In this document: in pieces, positions 28,566 through 38,983 of the stretch
Numbering within the stretch: position 1 is the first letter of the stretch
Layout of the letters: each line of letters starts with the position of its first letter
Assembly: GCA_043821445.1 (NCBI GenBank)
Contig: JBDRCT010000034.1
Coordinates: 2,210-66,209, forward strand
Length of the DNA: 64,000 nucleotides
DNA from: Candidatus Omnitrophota bacterium
GTDB taxonomy: Bacteria > Omnitrophota > Omnitrophia > Omnitrophales > Aquincolibacteriaceae
Reading direction: 5' to 3'
The notes under the pieces: generated by a model
Database searches by the model: none
Told to the model about the DNA's origin: nothing
What the model saw: only the letters and a program-made list of their open reading frames with translations
Position numbers and translations under genes: made by a program

Positions 28566-29528
28566 CTAGGATTCTTCCTGGGCTTTTTTGCGTTCGTGCT
28601 TTTCATACGCCTTGATGATCTCTTGTACGAGAGGGTGGCGCACCACATCGGTCTCGTTCAAATAGATGAACTGGATGTCGGGAATATCGGCGAGAATATT
28701 ACGGATCTCGACAAGCCCGGATTTTTTCGGGGACGGCAGGTCGATCTGTGTGATATCCCCCGTGATCACGACCTTGGAAGTCTGTCCCAAACGCGTAAGG
28801 AACATCTTCATCTGGTTGTGCGTACAGTTCTGCGCTTCATCGAGGATGACATAGGAATCATTAAGCGTCCGTCCGCGCATGTAAGCGATCGGGGCGATCT
28901 CGATCGCTCCTCGCTCGGTGTACCGGGCCACTTCGTCGAATTCGAGCATGTCATAAAGTGCATCATAAAGCGGCCTGAGATAGGGGTTCACTTTCGCCGC
29001 AAGATCCCCTGGCAAAAACCCGAGATTTTCTCCGGCCTCGACCGCGGGACGCGTCAGGATGATACGAGCCACATATTTTTTCTTTAGCGCTTCAATGGCC
29101 GCGGCCATGGCCAGATAGGTCTTTCCTGTGCCCGCCGGACCGATGGAGATCACAATATCGTGTGTTTGCATGGCCTTGAGATACGCAAGCTGATTCTCAC
29201 TCCGGGCCTGGATCACTTTTCCGCGATGAAAAAAATGGATCCCTCCGCCTTGCGGAGGCTTCACGCGTGCCTCGCTCTTGGGGCCACCTTCAGCACCCGC
29301 CTTTTCCGGCAAACGGCCCCCTTTGCGGATTATCTCGAGCATCCGGACAAAAAAACGAGTGGCTTCTTCCACGTTCTTTTTGTCGCCCATGATCTTCATC
29401 CGGTCATTGCGCGCCACGATCTTGACGCGATGATCCTTTTCAGCCTGCCGGACATTCTTGTCCAGATTGCCGTAAAGAGCTTTTGCTTCCTCGTTCGAAT
29501 GCAGTTTGATCAGTTTTTGCAAGGCCAT
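28566..29528 (-). CDS. phoH: PhoH family ATPase
   Basis: [49 protein letters not shown]. Confidence 0.95.
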   Translation of the reverse strand: MALQKLIKLHSNEEAKALYGNLDKNVRQAEKDHRVKIVARNDRMKIMGDKKNVEEATRFFVRMLEIIRKGGRLPEKAGAEGGPKSEARVKPPQGGGIHFFHRGKVIQARSENQLAYLKAMQTHDIVISIGPAGTGKTYLAMAAAIEALKKKYVARIILTRPAVEAGENLGFLPGDLAAKVNPYLRPLYDALYDMLEFDEVARYTERGAIEIAPIAYMRGRTLNDSYVILDEAQNCTHNQMKMFLTRLGQTSKVVITGDITQIDLPSPKKSGLVEIRNILADIPDIQFIYLNETDVVRHPLVQEIIKAYEKHERKKAQEES

Positions 29529-29536
29529 CCCCTTTT

Positions 29537-31327
29537 TTAAGCTTTAGGACGCTCGATCCACATTCGTTTTGCGTCAAGATTCAGTTCTTTGAGCTGCCGT
29601 TCAGTCGCGGGCGACGGCGCATCGGTCATAAGACAAGTGCCCTTTTGCGTCTTCGGGAACGCAATCACCTCGCGAATGGATTCCCGGCCCAGAAGCAGCG
29701 TGATCAGCCGATCCACGCCGATCGCCAAACCCCCGTGCGGCGGCGCGCCGAACGCAAGCGCCTTGAGAAGGAACCCGAACTGGGCTTCGGCCTGTTCCGG
29801 AGTAAAATTGAGAAGTTGAAAGATCTTGGACTGCACGGCCCGGTCATGGATACGGATACTGCCCCCGCCCGTTTCCGTGCCGTTGATGACCAGGTCATAA
29901 GCCCGCGCGCGCACCTTCAAAGGGTCTTTATCGAGCATCGGAACATCCTCAGGCTTGGGTGACGTGAACGGGTGATGGCAGGCATCATAGCGTTTCTCTT
30001 CCTTATTCCAATCAAAAAGCGGGAAATCCACGACCCAAAGAAGTTCGAATTTCCCCTCCGGGACCTTGCCGTATTTTTCGGCAAGGAAACATCGAAGCGC
30101 ACCGAGCGCCACAACCGCGACCTTAAACTGGTCAGCGATCACGAAAATAATGTCGCCCGGCTTCGCGCCCAAGGTTTGAACCACTTTCCCGATCCGCGTC
30201 GTATCAAAGAATTTCTGGATCGGCGATTCGACCGTATCCGGTCCCGTCACCTTGAGCCAGGCAAGTCCCTTCACACCAAAATCCTGCTGGAGCCATTTTG
30301 TCAGATCATCGAAATCCTTGCGGGAGAATTCCACGCCCGCGGGTGGTGTGAATGAAAGCCCGCGGATCTCGCCTTCACTTGCGATCGTCTCATCGAAAAC
30401 GCGGAATCCGCTCTTTTCGAAGACCGGCGTGAGATTCCGGATCTCCATCCCGTAGCGAAGGTCCGGTTTGTCGCATCCATATTTATCCATCGCGTCTTTA
30501 TAGCTCAAACGCCGAAGCGGTAACGGAATGTCGATCTTCTTTGCATGCTTGAACACATACGCGATCATCCCTTCCACAGCACCCATGATATCTTCCTCGC
30601 TGATGAACGACATCTCAAGATCGATCTGGGTATGCTCGGGTTGACGGTCCTTGCGAAGATCCTCATCGCGAAAACAGCGGGCGATCTGATAATAACGGTC
30701 ATAACCAGCGATCATCAGGATCTGTTTGAAAAGCTGCGGCGATTGCGGAAGCGCATAAAAAGTCCCGTGATTCAGACGGGACGGCACCAGAAAGTCACGC
30801 GCGCCTTCCGGCGTGCTTTTCGTCAAATAAGGCGTCTCGACTTCGATAAAACCTTGTTTATCCAAATATTCGTGCACGAGCTTGAGTACGCGATGACGAA
30901 AGGTCAGGTTTTCCACCATTTCGCGCCTCCGGAGATCGAGAAACCTGTACTGAAGACGGAGCTCCTCACCCACGCTTTTTTCTTCGAGTTCGAACGGCAG
31001 CGGCAGGCATGGGTTCAGGATCTCAAGTTCTTCCGCCTGGAGTTCGATCTCCCCGGTCGGGATCCTGGAATTGATGGTGCCGGCCGGACGAGCGGCTACC
31101 TTTCCCTTCACCCGGATCACGAATTCCGAGCGAAGCGACTCCGCTTTCTTATGCATCTCAGGGTTAGCCTGAGGATTAAGAACGATCTGCGTTATGCCCC
31201 AGCGATCGCGCAGGTCCACAAAGATCAAGTTTCCATGATCGCGGCGTGTATCCACCCATCCGGTCAAGGTCTCCTGTTTTCCGATAAAACTTTTGTTCAA
31301 CTCCCCGCACGTCACTGTCCTCAGCAT
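29537..31327 (-). CDS. aspS: Aspartate--tRNA ligase
   Basis: [52 protein letters not shown]. Confidence 0.98.
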   Translation of the reverse strand: MLRTVTCGELNKSFIGKQETLTGWVDTRRDHGNLIFVDLRDRWGITQIVLNPQANPEMHKKAESLRSEFVIRVKGKVAARPAGTINSRIPTGEIELQAEELEILNPCLPLPFELEEKSVGEELRLQYRFLDLRRREMVENLTFRHRVLKLVHEYLDKQGFIEVETPYLTKSTPEGARDFLVPSRLNHGTFYALPQSPQLFKQILMIAGYDRYYQIARCFRDEDLRKDRQPEHTQIDLEMSFISEEDIMGAVEGMIAYVFKHAKKIDIPLPLRRLSYKDAMDKYGCDKPDLRYGMEIRNLTPVFEKSGFRVFDETIASEGEIRGLSFTPPAGVEFSRKDFDDLTKWLQQDFGVKGLAWLKVTGPDTVESPIQKFFDTTRIGKVVQTLGAKPGDIIFVIADQFKVAVVALGALRCFLAEKYGKVPEGKFELLWVVDFPLFDWNKEEKRYDACHHPFTSPKPEDVPMLDKDPLKVRARAYDLVINGTETGGGSIRIHDRAVQSKIFQLLNFTPEQAEAQFGFLLKALAFGAPPHGGLAIGVDRLITLLLGRESIREVIAFPKTQKGTCLMTDAPSPATERQLKELNLDAKRMWIERPKA

Positions 31328-32574
31328 GAGCTCATCACCTTTTTTAAATGTGCCACGACCTGTTCGATATCCACTTCCTGCTGCTCCCTCTTTTCAAGGT
31401 CTTTCACGATTATTTTTTCCTTTTGGAGTTCCTCCGGACCGACGATCACCATGAAGCGCAGCCCCAGTTGATTCGCCTTCTTCAAATGCTGGCTCAGGGA
31501 AAAAATGCCGTGTGCAGTCTCAGGCCGAATCCCTGCTTCGCGTAACTGAAGTGCTTTTTCCCGGAAAATTCGGAGGATATCTGAATTGTCCTCAAGTGGT
31601 GCGATATAAACCTTCCGTTGTTTGAGCTCATCAAACACCTCCGGGTTTTGACTCACAAGTGTCATTAAAAGACGCTCCGTTCCAATACTAAACCCTATGC
31701 AAGGCGTCGTACTTCCGCCAAGATCGGCATACAGATTGTCATAAGAACCTCCGCCAGCTACTGCATCCTGCGCACCCAATCCTTCTGCAGTTACTTCAAA
31801 AACAGGCCCGGTGTAATAATCCAAACCACGAACAAGGCGGCGATTGATTTGATAAGGAATATCATGCTTTTTCAACCCTTCCAAAATATCCGTGCTTAAG
31901 GCATTCCAGGGAGCGTTTTCAATAACGGGTTGGCAGTTCTTGGCTTTGCAATCAAAAATCCTAAGTACGTTTTTCTCCAACCGCCACTGGCAATCTTGAC
32001 ATAGTTTATTTTTTTCTTGAGAAAAATAAGCTCTCAGCTTTTGAATCGTTTGGCTTTGCCGAACATCTCTAAGGTCATTTACGTTCAACTTAAAATTCTC
32101 AACCCCAACATAACGCAAAAAATCGCAGAGAAGCCCGATGCATTCAATATCCGCATTAACTCCAGGTTCATTAATTATTTCAATTCCGATTTGATGGAAT
32201 TGACGTTTACGACCCGCTTGAGGCCGTTCAGCGCGGAACATAGGACCCATGTAATAAAGTCTAAGGGATTTGGCTGTTTTGAGGAGGCCCTTTTCAATCA
32301 CGGAACGCGCGACTGAGGCGGTCATTTCGGGACGCATCGTCATGTCGCGTTCACCGCGATCCTTGAAGGAGTACATCTCTTTATGGACAATATCACTAGC
32401 TTGGCCGATTGAGCGGACAAAAAGTTCGGTGGGTTCGAGAAGAGGCGTACGTATTTCTTTGAATCCGGCAGCATCAAAAAAAATTCGAGCTTTTTCCTCG
32501 ATCCACTGCCATTTTTCGATCTCACCGGGAAGAATGTCGTCCATCCCGGGGAAACCCTGGTATTTTGCCGTCAT
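31321..32574 (-). CDS. hisS: Histidine--tRNA ligase
   Basis: RPEMTASVAR, FRAERPQAGR.RQFHQ, LVRGLDYYTG, GFSIGTERL. Confidence 0.96.
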   Translation of the reverse strand: MTAKYQGFPGMDDILPGEIEKWQWIEEKARIFFDAAGFKEIRTPLLEPTELFVRSIGQASDIVHKEMYSFKDRGERDMTMRPEMTASVARSVIEKGLLKTAKSLRLYYMGPMFRAERPQAGRKRQFHQIGIEIINEPGVNADIECIGLLCDFLRYVGVENFKLNVNDLRDVRQSQTIQKLRAYFSQEKNKLCQDCQWRLEKNVLRIFDCKAKNCQPVIENAPWNALSTDILEGLKKHDIPYQINRRLVRGLDYYTGPVFEVTAEGLGAQDAVAGGGSYDNLYADLGGSTTPCIGFSIGTERLLMTLVSQNPEVFDELKQRKVYIAPLEDNSDILRIFREKALQLREAGIRPETAHGIFSLSQHLKKANQLGLRFMVIVGPEELQKEKIIVKDLEKREQQEVDIEQVVAHLKKVMSSC

Positions 32575-32667
32575 AAGTTATGGAGTGCCGCTGCCCTTTC
32601 GTTCTTAACCCGTCTCCAAGCCTTTACAGTCCCTGTGTTGGACTTTTGTCATACTATAAAAGAAGAA

Positions 32668-32694
32668 GCGCATTTCCACAATATGGAAATGCGC
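32668..32694 (-). terminator. Probable intrinsic terminator after rpsU (resembles hairpin A of the 86-bp repeat)
   Basis: GCGCATTTCCA-TATTG-TGGAAATGCGC followed by TTCTTCTTTT on the minus strand. Confidence 0.55.
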
Positions 32695-32815
32695 GGTCTT
32701 CACTTAGTGCTATCCATGGAAAAACTTCTGCGGAGGCGTCCCGATCTTCGATGAAAAATTGATTGGAACAGCACTGATTCCAAGTTGAAAAATCAATGAC
32801 TATCAGGCGTCCCAA

Positions 32816-32995
32816 CTAGAAGCTGAATTTACGGGATTTGGACATGCGGGACTTACGACGCCTCTTTTCGCTGGGCTTTTCGTAATTCTTCCGCGCCTTC
32901 AGGATCTTCAAAATCCCCTCGCGTTCCATCTTCTTCTTCAGGCGCTTCAAGGCCCCCTCAAGCGGCTCGTGACTTCCAACGTCTACTTTTAACAC
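32816..32995 (-). CDS. rpsU: 30S ribosomal protein bS21
   Basis: Not in the ORF track (59 aa, GTG start): MLKVDVGSHEPLEGALKRLKKKMEREGILKILKARKNYEKPSEKRRRK...; candidate promoter TTGCCT-16-TATAAT at 33064-33037. Confidence 0.93.
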   Translation of the reverse strand: MLKVDVGSHEPLEGALKRLKKKMEREGILKILKARKNYEKPSEKRRRKSRMSKSRKFSF

Positions 32996-33080
32996 TCGGT
33001 TTCACCCTCTCTCATATGTGGATTAATGGAGGCGGTATTATACGGAAAACCCGTCCTGAGGCAAAGGAAATAACGTCCTT

Positions 33081-33145
33081 TGTACGGTGTAAGGCGTACG
33101 GCGTTACGCGAAGTTATTTTCACCGTACTCCGTACACCGTACGCC
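33081..33145. repeat. Heptamer-periodic inverted repeat (GTACGGC-type arms)
   Basis: GTACGGT GTAAGGC GTACGGC ... CCGTACT CCGTACA CCGTACG. Confidence 0.8.
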
Positions 33146-33201
33146 ATTCCTTGGCGAGTTTCCCGTCCCACGCTCTTATTTTTTTATGCTAGAATGCCGC
33201 C

Positions 33202-33957
33202 ATGTTCCGCCACTACCAAGAAGCTTTCATCCGTCTTTTTTATCCCGCGGCGTGCGAAGTGTGCCGTGTGAATCTTGATCTCGAAGAGAAAATCCTCTGC
33301 CAACACTGCGCCGGGGATCTGGACTCCCTCGCCTGGCCCATGGAAAAAACCGTGGTCGATGAACGTTTTGAGCACTTGGATCATGTCTGGACCGTTTATG
33401 CCTACGGCTCACCCATCAGGGAGCTGCTGCACGGCGTCAAGTACGCGCGCAAAGACTATCTTCTCAAGGTTTGCCAAAAGCGCGCCGTCGGACTTGCGCA
33501 GGCCGTCACCTCTGACTTTTGGTACGATGCCATCCTGCCTATACCGATCGATCGTATGAAACTCATGAAAAGGCATTTTAATCAAGCGGAGATCCTCGCA
33601 ACGATGCTTGAGCCTTGGCTCACACCGTCCGTCGAACGATCTCTTTTGATCAAACACCGTTCTATTCCGAGCCAAACTTCCCTGAGTCAGTGCGAGCGTG
33701 CGATCAATGTCTATGGCTCCTTCAGGCTCAAGCGGCACGCGAAGGTCCTGGGCGGATCTTTTCTTCTCCTCGACGATGTCTTGACGACCGGTGCAACCGC
33801 AAATGAAGCGGCCCGCCTTCTGAAACTCCACGGCGCCAAGCGTGTGAATTTCATGGCTCTCGCGAGAACCGTCCCCAACCTTGAGAAAATGCGTCTCCTG
33901 GAATCGCCCTCCGGATTTTCCAAGGAAGAAGGACGAACCATTCCCGCCCACCCATAA
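33202..33957 (+). CDS. comF: ComF family phosphoribosyltransferase-like competence protein
   Basis: N-terminal CEVC..CQHC, RHFNQAE, LLDDVLTTGATANEAARLL..GA. Confidence 0.9.
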   Translation: MFRHYQEAFIRLFYPAACEVCRVNLDLEEKILCQHCAGDLDSLAWPMEKTVVDERFEHLDHVWTVYAYGSPIRELLHGVKYARKDYLLKVCQKRAVGLAQAVTSDFWYDAILPIPIDRMKLMKRHFNQAEILATMLEPWLTPSVERSLLIKHRSIPSQTSLSQCERAINVYGSFRLKRHAKVLGGSFLLLDDVLTTGATANEAARLLKLHGAKRVNFMALARTVPNLEKMRLLESPSGFSKEEGRTIPAHP

Positions 33958-34030
33958 AAACAGTTTGAGATTCGCCCCAAGCGCGGATAAGATACTGGCT
34001 TCATAACGCAACTCCAAAGGAGAAACCATT

Positions 34031-35128
34031 TTGAAAGTCTTAGACCGGTACCTGGTGCGGGAATTGATCTTCCCGATCATTTTTTGTTCTCTCACGCTCA
34101 TTTTCCTGATCCTGGTGGCCGACCTCTTTGACAATCTCGACGAACTCCTAAAGAACAAGACGCCGATCCTGATCATCCTCCGCTATTATCTGTCGCTTAT
34201 CCCGATCTCCTTTACCCAGACCATCGCGTGGGCCATGTGGCTCGGAACCATTTTCCTATTGGTCCAATTAGGCCTTCATAACGAACTCATGGCCATGAAA
34301 GCCGTCGGCCTTAAGATCCTGACGATTGTCCGGCCGATGATTTTCCTGGGACTGTTGCTTGGCATCATTACCTTTCTCATTGCCGACCGCGTGGTGCCGA
34401 AAACTTCCCGAACGGCCAACGAACTTCTGGAGATCTACATCGAGAAGAAAAAAGACAACAAGGACCGGAAAATCTTCAAGAACGTCACGTATTACTCCGG
34501 AAGCAATACGCTTTATTATTTCCGGAAATTTTCCCCAAAATCCAAAACCGTCGAGAACGCGATCATTATCTGGCTGGATCCCACGACCCATCACACCACG
34601 CAAAAGATCTTTGCACAAAAAGGTTCCTGGGCCAACGACCAGTGGTCTTTTGAAGGGATCACTGAGTATCAAACGGATGTCCGGGGCGACATCCTCGGGA
34701 ACCCCTTGATCATCCCGAAGAAAAGTTATCCTGAGGTTACCATCACGCCGCGAGACCTGATCAACACAACAAGCGATAGCTCATTTCTCTCTTATCACGA
34801 ACTCAAATACACGATCGATAAACTCAAGGAGAACGACATCCCCGTGTATGCAGAAGAAACGGATCTTTACAGCCGCATGGCTGCACCCTGGAAAGGGCTT
34901 GTCATGCTGCTTCTCGCCATCCCTTTCCTGGGGACTGTATGCAACCGCAAGGCGATCGCTATGAGCGTTCTGGTGTGCGCAGCCCTGGTATTCGCATTCC
35001 ACGTTAGCGACGCGGTTCTGTTCGCTTTGGGAAAATCCGGAAAGTTTTTTCCATTCCTAAGTGTGTGGGGCGGGAATATCATTTTCGCGACGTTCGCGCT
35101 TCTGAAGCTGGAACGAGCAAATTATTGA
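34031..35128 (+). CDS. LptF/LptG family LPS export permease
   Basis: MKVLDRYLVRE, three N-terminal TMs, NELMAMKAVGL, periplasmic beta domain, three C-terminal TMs. Confidence 0.88.
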   Translation: MKVLDRYLVRELIFPIIFCSLTLIFLILVADLFDNLDELLKNKTPILIILRYYLSLIPISFTQTIAWAMWLGTIFLLVQLGLHNELMAMKAVGLKILTIVRPMIFLGLLLGIITFLIADRVVPKTSRTANELLEIYIEKKKDNKDRKIFKNVTYYSGSNTLYYFRKFSPKSKTVENAIIIWLDPTTHHTTQKIFAQKGSWANDQWSFEGITEYQTDVRGDILGNPLIIPKKSYPEVTITPRDLINTTSDSSFLSYHELKYTIDKLKENDIPVYAEETDLYSRMAAPWKGLVMLLLAIPFLGTVCNRKAIAMSVLVCAALVFAFHVSDAVLFALGKSGKFFPFLSVWGGNIIFATFALLKLERANY

Positions 35129-35133
35129 ACCCT

Positions 35134-35264
35134 AGACCAGAGACTACAGACCAAAGACTAAAATCAAAAAAATTTAAAGGTATGCGTGGCATGAGATTCT
35201 TTGGGATCATTAAAACAGGCAGTTAAAGCGGTTGCCTTCGGTCTTCGGTCCTCAGTCCTTGGTT
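35134..35264. repeat. Heptamer-periodic inverted repeat (AGACCAA-type arms, ~75-bp spacer)
   Basis: AGACCAG AGACTAC AGACCAA AGACTAA ... TTCGGTC TTCGGTC CTCAGTC CTTGGTT. Confidence 0.75.
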
Positions 35265-35554
35265 TCTTGTTTTTGCCGCTGGGCGGCACGTAATATCTCT
35301 TCGTCCATCTTCATTCCCGAATTGTCAAGGACAGGAAGCGCGATCGTTCCGTTAATGCGTGGGATTGCCGTCATTTTAGCGCCCCGGCCAAAAAGAGACG
35401 CCATGGTAGCTTGGGCCTGCGATGCAGAAGCCTCTTGCACGTGTTCTTCGGGTCTAGCCTTCTGTTGAGCGGATACAAGGGGAGAAAAAGAGAGAAAAAA
35501 ACTCAGACAAAAAAAATAAAAACTTGTTGGATTCTTTAAAAGTCTGCCGTTCAT
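35252..35554 (-). CDS. Small exported hypothetical protein
   Basis: Signal-like FYFFCLSFFLSFSPLVSA; the 3' end lies in a repeat arm; start uncertain. Confidence 0.5.
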   Translation of the reverse strand: MNGRLLKNPTSFYFFCLSFFLSFSPLVSAQQKARPEEHVQEASASQAQATMASLFGRGAKMTAIPRINGTIALPVLDNSGMKMDEEILRAAQRQKQETKD

Positions 35555-35643
35555 AATTTTCACTGCGTTAAAATACGTTTTAAATGCGTTCCGGTCAACC
35601 AAGCCCCCATTTACGGTCTATCCGATCAACGACAAGGTTCCTT

Positions 35644-36906
35644 CTAGATCTTCGTACCGGACGGAATGTGAACACCCTTTGGAATGATCACAATACCGTC
35701 GCGAATGTAATAATGGTCGCCGTCCTTCTCGTCGATCGCCTTGGCGTTCGTAATGCTGACGTCATCCCCGATCGACACGTTTTTATCGATGATACAATTC
35801 TCGATCACACAGTTCTTGCCGACCCCGATCCGGTAATCCCGGGACGAATCCGGCCACTCGTAATAGTCATTCCCCATGAGAATGCTTTTGCTGACTACGG
35901 CCCCTGGCCCTACGACCGAACGCAACCCCACGACCGATTGGTGGATCTTGGCGCCCGTCAGAATGCAGCCTTCTGACATCAAAACATGATCCAGTTCCGT
36001 CCCAAGGATCTTGGAAGGCGGCAGAAACCTGGGACGGGTAAAAATACGCCCTTCCGGAGAAAGAAAACTGAATGGCGGATTTGTGTTCGTGAGTTCGATG
36101 CTCGCTTCATAAAAACTATCGATTGTCCCGATATCACGCCAATAATCCGTGAACACATGGCCAAAAACCTTGTAGTTCTTGATCGCCTTCGGGATGATCT
36201 CTTTGCCAAAATCTTTTTCGTTCCCGGAAAGCACCTCCAAAAGCACATCGCGATTAAAAACATAGACCCCCATCGATGCGAGATACATGGGGCTTTTGGC
36301 CTTCACACGGTAAAGATCGCAAAGGGGTTTGGGCATGGCATAGGGTCCTACATCATCGTTCTTGGTGGGTTTTTCAAGAAAATCCGTGATTTGGCCGTCT
36401 TTTTGAAGCTTCATAATACCGAACCCCTTGACGACCCGCTCTGGAACAGGAACCGTCGCGACCGTCACGTCCGCCCGTTGCATTTCATGGAATCCCAGGA
36501 TTTCCTTATAATTCATCCGGTAAAGATGGTCCCCGGAAAGGATCAAAAAAACATCCGTAGCATCCGTTCGATAATGCGGTATACATTTCCGGACCGCATC
36601 CGCGGTCCCCTGGAACCAATCCGTGTTCTCGGTCGTTTGTTCGGCCGCGAGAAGCTCTACGCTCGTTTTAGTGAACGCTTCATACGGATAGGTCCGGTGG
36701 ATGTGCCGGTGAAGCGAAGCGGAATTGAATTGTGTCAGAACGAAAATGCGACGGAGACCTGAATTGATGGCATTCGAGATCGGAATATCCACTAAACGGT
36801 ATTTGCCGCCGATCGGGAGAGCGGGTTTGGAGCGGTAACTCGTAAGCGGAAATAACCTCTTCCCTTGTCCGCCGCCAAGGATCAGGGTCGTAACGCGCCG
36901 GCTCAT
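35644..36906 (-). CDS. glgC: Glucose-1-phosphate adenylyltransferase
   Basis: ILGGGQGKRLFPLT..RSKPA..GGKYRLVDIPISN, WFQGTADAVR, YWRDIGT, beta-helix tail; ATGA overlap at 36903-36906. Confidence 0.96.
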   Translation of the reverse strand: MSRRVTTLILGGGQGKRLFPLTSYRSKPALPIGGKYRLVDIPISNAINSGLRRIFVLTQFNSASLHRHIHRTYPYEAFTKTSVELLAAEQTTENTDWFQGTADAVRKCIPHYRTDATDVFLILSGDHLYRMNYKEILGFHEMQRADVTVATVPVPERVVKGFGIMKLQKDGQITDFLEKPTKNDDVGPYAMPKPLCDLYRVKAKSPMYLASMGVYVFNRDVLLEVLSGNEKDFGKEIIPKAIKNYKVFGHVFTDYWRDIGTIDSFYEASIELTNTNPPFSFLSPEGRIFTRPRFLPPSKILGTELDHVLMSEGCILTGAKIHQSVVGLRSVVGPGAVVSKSILMGNDYYEWPDSSRDYRIGVGKNCVIENCIIDKNVSIGDDVSITNAKAIDEKDGDHYYIRDGIVIIPKGVHIPSGTKI

Positions 36907-37202
36907 GTCAGGTTCACTCCTAGGTTTTGGTATTGTTTCCACAGGACCTTGCGAAATGTATCATTCTCTTCCATCAGGACCCCAAGACGCTTTTGCAAAT
37001 GTTCGATCAATCCCACGCGCGACGCGTGACGCTCGTGATTCACAAAAAGGTCGATCCGGCGAACGTACTCATCGATCACGGCCATGTTCCTGCGGATCTG
37101 GTTTTTGACGATGCGTATCTCTTCCGAAGTGAAAGCCGGAGACTCGCAATCCAGCGCGCTCGTTTCTTTCACAGGAAGATCATGACCTAAGTGCAGGATC
37201 AT
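36903..37202 (-). CDS. Hypothetical coiled-coil protein (99 aa)
   Basis: ATGA overlaps with both neighbours (37199-37202 and 36903-36906). Confidence 0.65.
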   Translation of the reverse strand: MILHLGHDLPVKETSALDCESPAFTSEEIRIVKNQIRRNMAVIDEYVRRIDLFVNHERHASRVGLIEHLQKRLGVLMEENDTFRKVLWKQYQNLGVNLT

Positions 37203-37612
37203 ACCGCATACCTCGCGATCAGGTCCGGCAGTTCCCTGCCGAATTCCGTTTTCAGATAGACCCGGAAGCAACCGGCCTTCTCGGCCTCGGGTTTTACCAT
37301 CACTTTCGCCTGTGTGACAAATCCCACCGCAGGGACATCCCTTAAATCGGCATTTTTATGTAATTCGTTGAGCGCCCGGAACGCCTCGGCTTCGCGTTTT
37401 TCAAGATCGAGGATCACAAGAAAAGGCCTCTCGACCGCGGCCTGCGCAACCAATTTTTCCGCACTATCGAAGTTCCTTACTCCGACATGAAGTCCTGCCG
37501 CACATTTAACGATCTGGGTTGCCGTGGTCATATCTGCCACAAGAGCGAAAACGCCCCGCCGCGTTTTTATGGTCCTCGAACCCGATGCATCGCAACTCAT
37601 GCCACTATCCAT
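37199..37612 (-). CDS. Single-domain response regulator receiver (atypical)
   Basis: VFALVAD, PFLVILDL (Asp site), LRDVPAVGF, AEKAGC pattern. Confidence 0.7.
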   Translation of the reverse strand: MDSGMSCDASGSRTIKTRRGVFALVADMTTATQIVKCAAGLHVGVRNFDSAEKLVAQAAVERPFLVILDLEKREAEAFRALNELHKNADLRDVPAVGFVTQAKVMVKPEAEKAGCFRVYLKTEFGRELPDLIARYAV

Positions 37613-37617
37613 GAAGC

Positions 37618-38940
37618 TTAGCTGGTTTTTCCGGACGAATCAAGTGTTCGCCCTGCTATTTTTTCAAGGATCGCCATCTTCCCGGCCGCGTCCAGCTGAA
37701 GCACTTGCGGTCCCTGGATGGATCCCAGTACCTGGACTGCTTCCTGCCACTTCTTGTCACGGATCAATTCCAAAGCCGACCCGTAGATCGCCATAGAACT
37801 CTTTAAATAGGCCTCCGTGAACGTCTCGATCACTTCTTTCTTCTCAACCAGGTCCTGTTGCAAGGGTTGGAGATCAGCTGTCGTGGAAGGGCCCGGCGAC
37901 ATCAGGTCTATTAACGGCCGCTGCAGATCCGAATCGATTGTTCCGAAGGAAGTCGGATAAGGCGGCGGCACTTCCCGAGGCATCGTATTCTTGCGCAACT
38001 GATCGACCTCTGGGATCATTTGACCGATCGTGGTCAATGCTTCTTCCCATTTCTTTTGAGCGATCAACCCGGTAAGCTTCTGATATTCCACACTCAAAGC
38101 TTGCTCTCTGAACTTTTTGCCTCTGTCCAGAAGGCTCTGGTTCATGGCGCTCACTTTAGAAAGGGTATCGTTGATAAAAGGCCGAAGCATTGTAAGCGCG
38201 ACAGCGCGATGCTTCTTCAGATCCGTGGAATAGAGAGGGAATGCCAAGGATTCTACCCAAAGATTCCGGGCCGCCAGCACATCTCCTTTTGCAAATGCGT
38301 CCACGGCCGCAAGGTATCGGGTCTTAAATAACTCCTCGAGCTTTTTCTGATAGCTTCTCGCAAAAGGCATTTTATAGAAAGCTTCTTGTTCCGCGATCAT
38401 TTTTTGGTATTGCTCAAGCGTCCACGCCGCCGAAGGCAATTTTTCGATCCACCCCGTCTGGAATGGAACGGACCGGCCAAGGATCTCCTGTTCACCCGGA
38501 TCCGGTGCCCGGTCCATCGGGATTGCTACTTCATGAGAGAGCATCGTTTTTTCCTGCGATGAAAGCAACGCCACCGGATCAGCCAACGGTTTCTCGGATC
38601 GCTTACTATTGCTTGGAGGCTTGATCGAAAATGTTTTCCAACTTCGCGGAAAAGACGAAGTGAATATCTTGTAAGCCTTATAAGCTAACAATCCGACTGC
38701 GGAAAGAATGGCGATAACGAGCAGCGTGCGAAAGAGATGTTTTAAATTTCCAGAAGAGACCTTATGGCCTGACATGGACGCAACAGCTTGGGGGGAACGG
38801 GGAGCATCTTTTTTGGGGAAAAGCGACTCATCTTCCCGTTTAACGGACGAACTCCAAAAGCAGCCGGGACATTCCTTGGTTTCGGGGGTCTCCAGTTCAA
38901 ATTTTTTTCCGCAGTGATTGCAAACAAAGCGATAAGACAT
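37618..38940 (-). CDS. Membrane-anchored protein with N-terminal zinc ribbon
   Basis: CNHC..CPGC, one TM (LLVIAILSAVGLLAY), large helical C-terminal region. Confidence 0.75.
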   Translation of the reverse strand: MSYRFVCNHCGKKFELETPETKECPGCFWSSSVKREDESLFPKKDAPRSPQAVASMSGHKVSSGNLKHLFRTLLVIAILSAVGLLAYKAYKIFTSSFPRSWKTFSIKPPSNSKRSEKPLADPVALLSSQEKTMLSHEVAIPMDRAPDPGEQEILGRSVPFQTGWIEKLPSAAWTLEQYQKMIAEQEAFYKMPFARSYQKKLEELFKTRYLAAVDAFAKGDVLAARNLWVESLAFPLYSTDLKKHRAVALTMLRPFINDTLSKVSAMNQSLLDRGKKFREQALSVEYQKLTGLIAQKKWEEALTTIGQMIPEVDQLRKNTMPREVPPPYPTSFGTIDSDLQRPLIDLMSPGPSTTADLQPLQQDLVEKKEVIETFTEAYLKSSMAIYGSALELIRDKKWQEAVQVLGSIQGPQVLQLDAAGKMAILEKIAGRTLDSSGKTS

Positions 38941-38983
38941 AGTGTGTCATTATGACTTTTTTTGCAGAAAATTCCAGCGAATC

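Noticed and set aside
32575-32815. T-box leader upstream of hisS-aspS, also checked upstream of glyQ
   Set aside because: No T-box consensus (GGTGGNACCGCG) seen.
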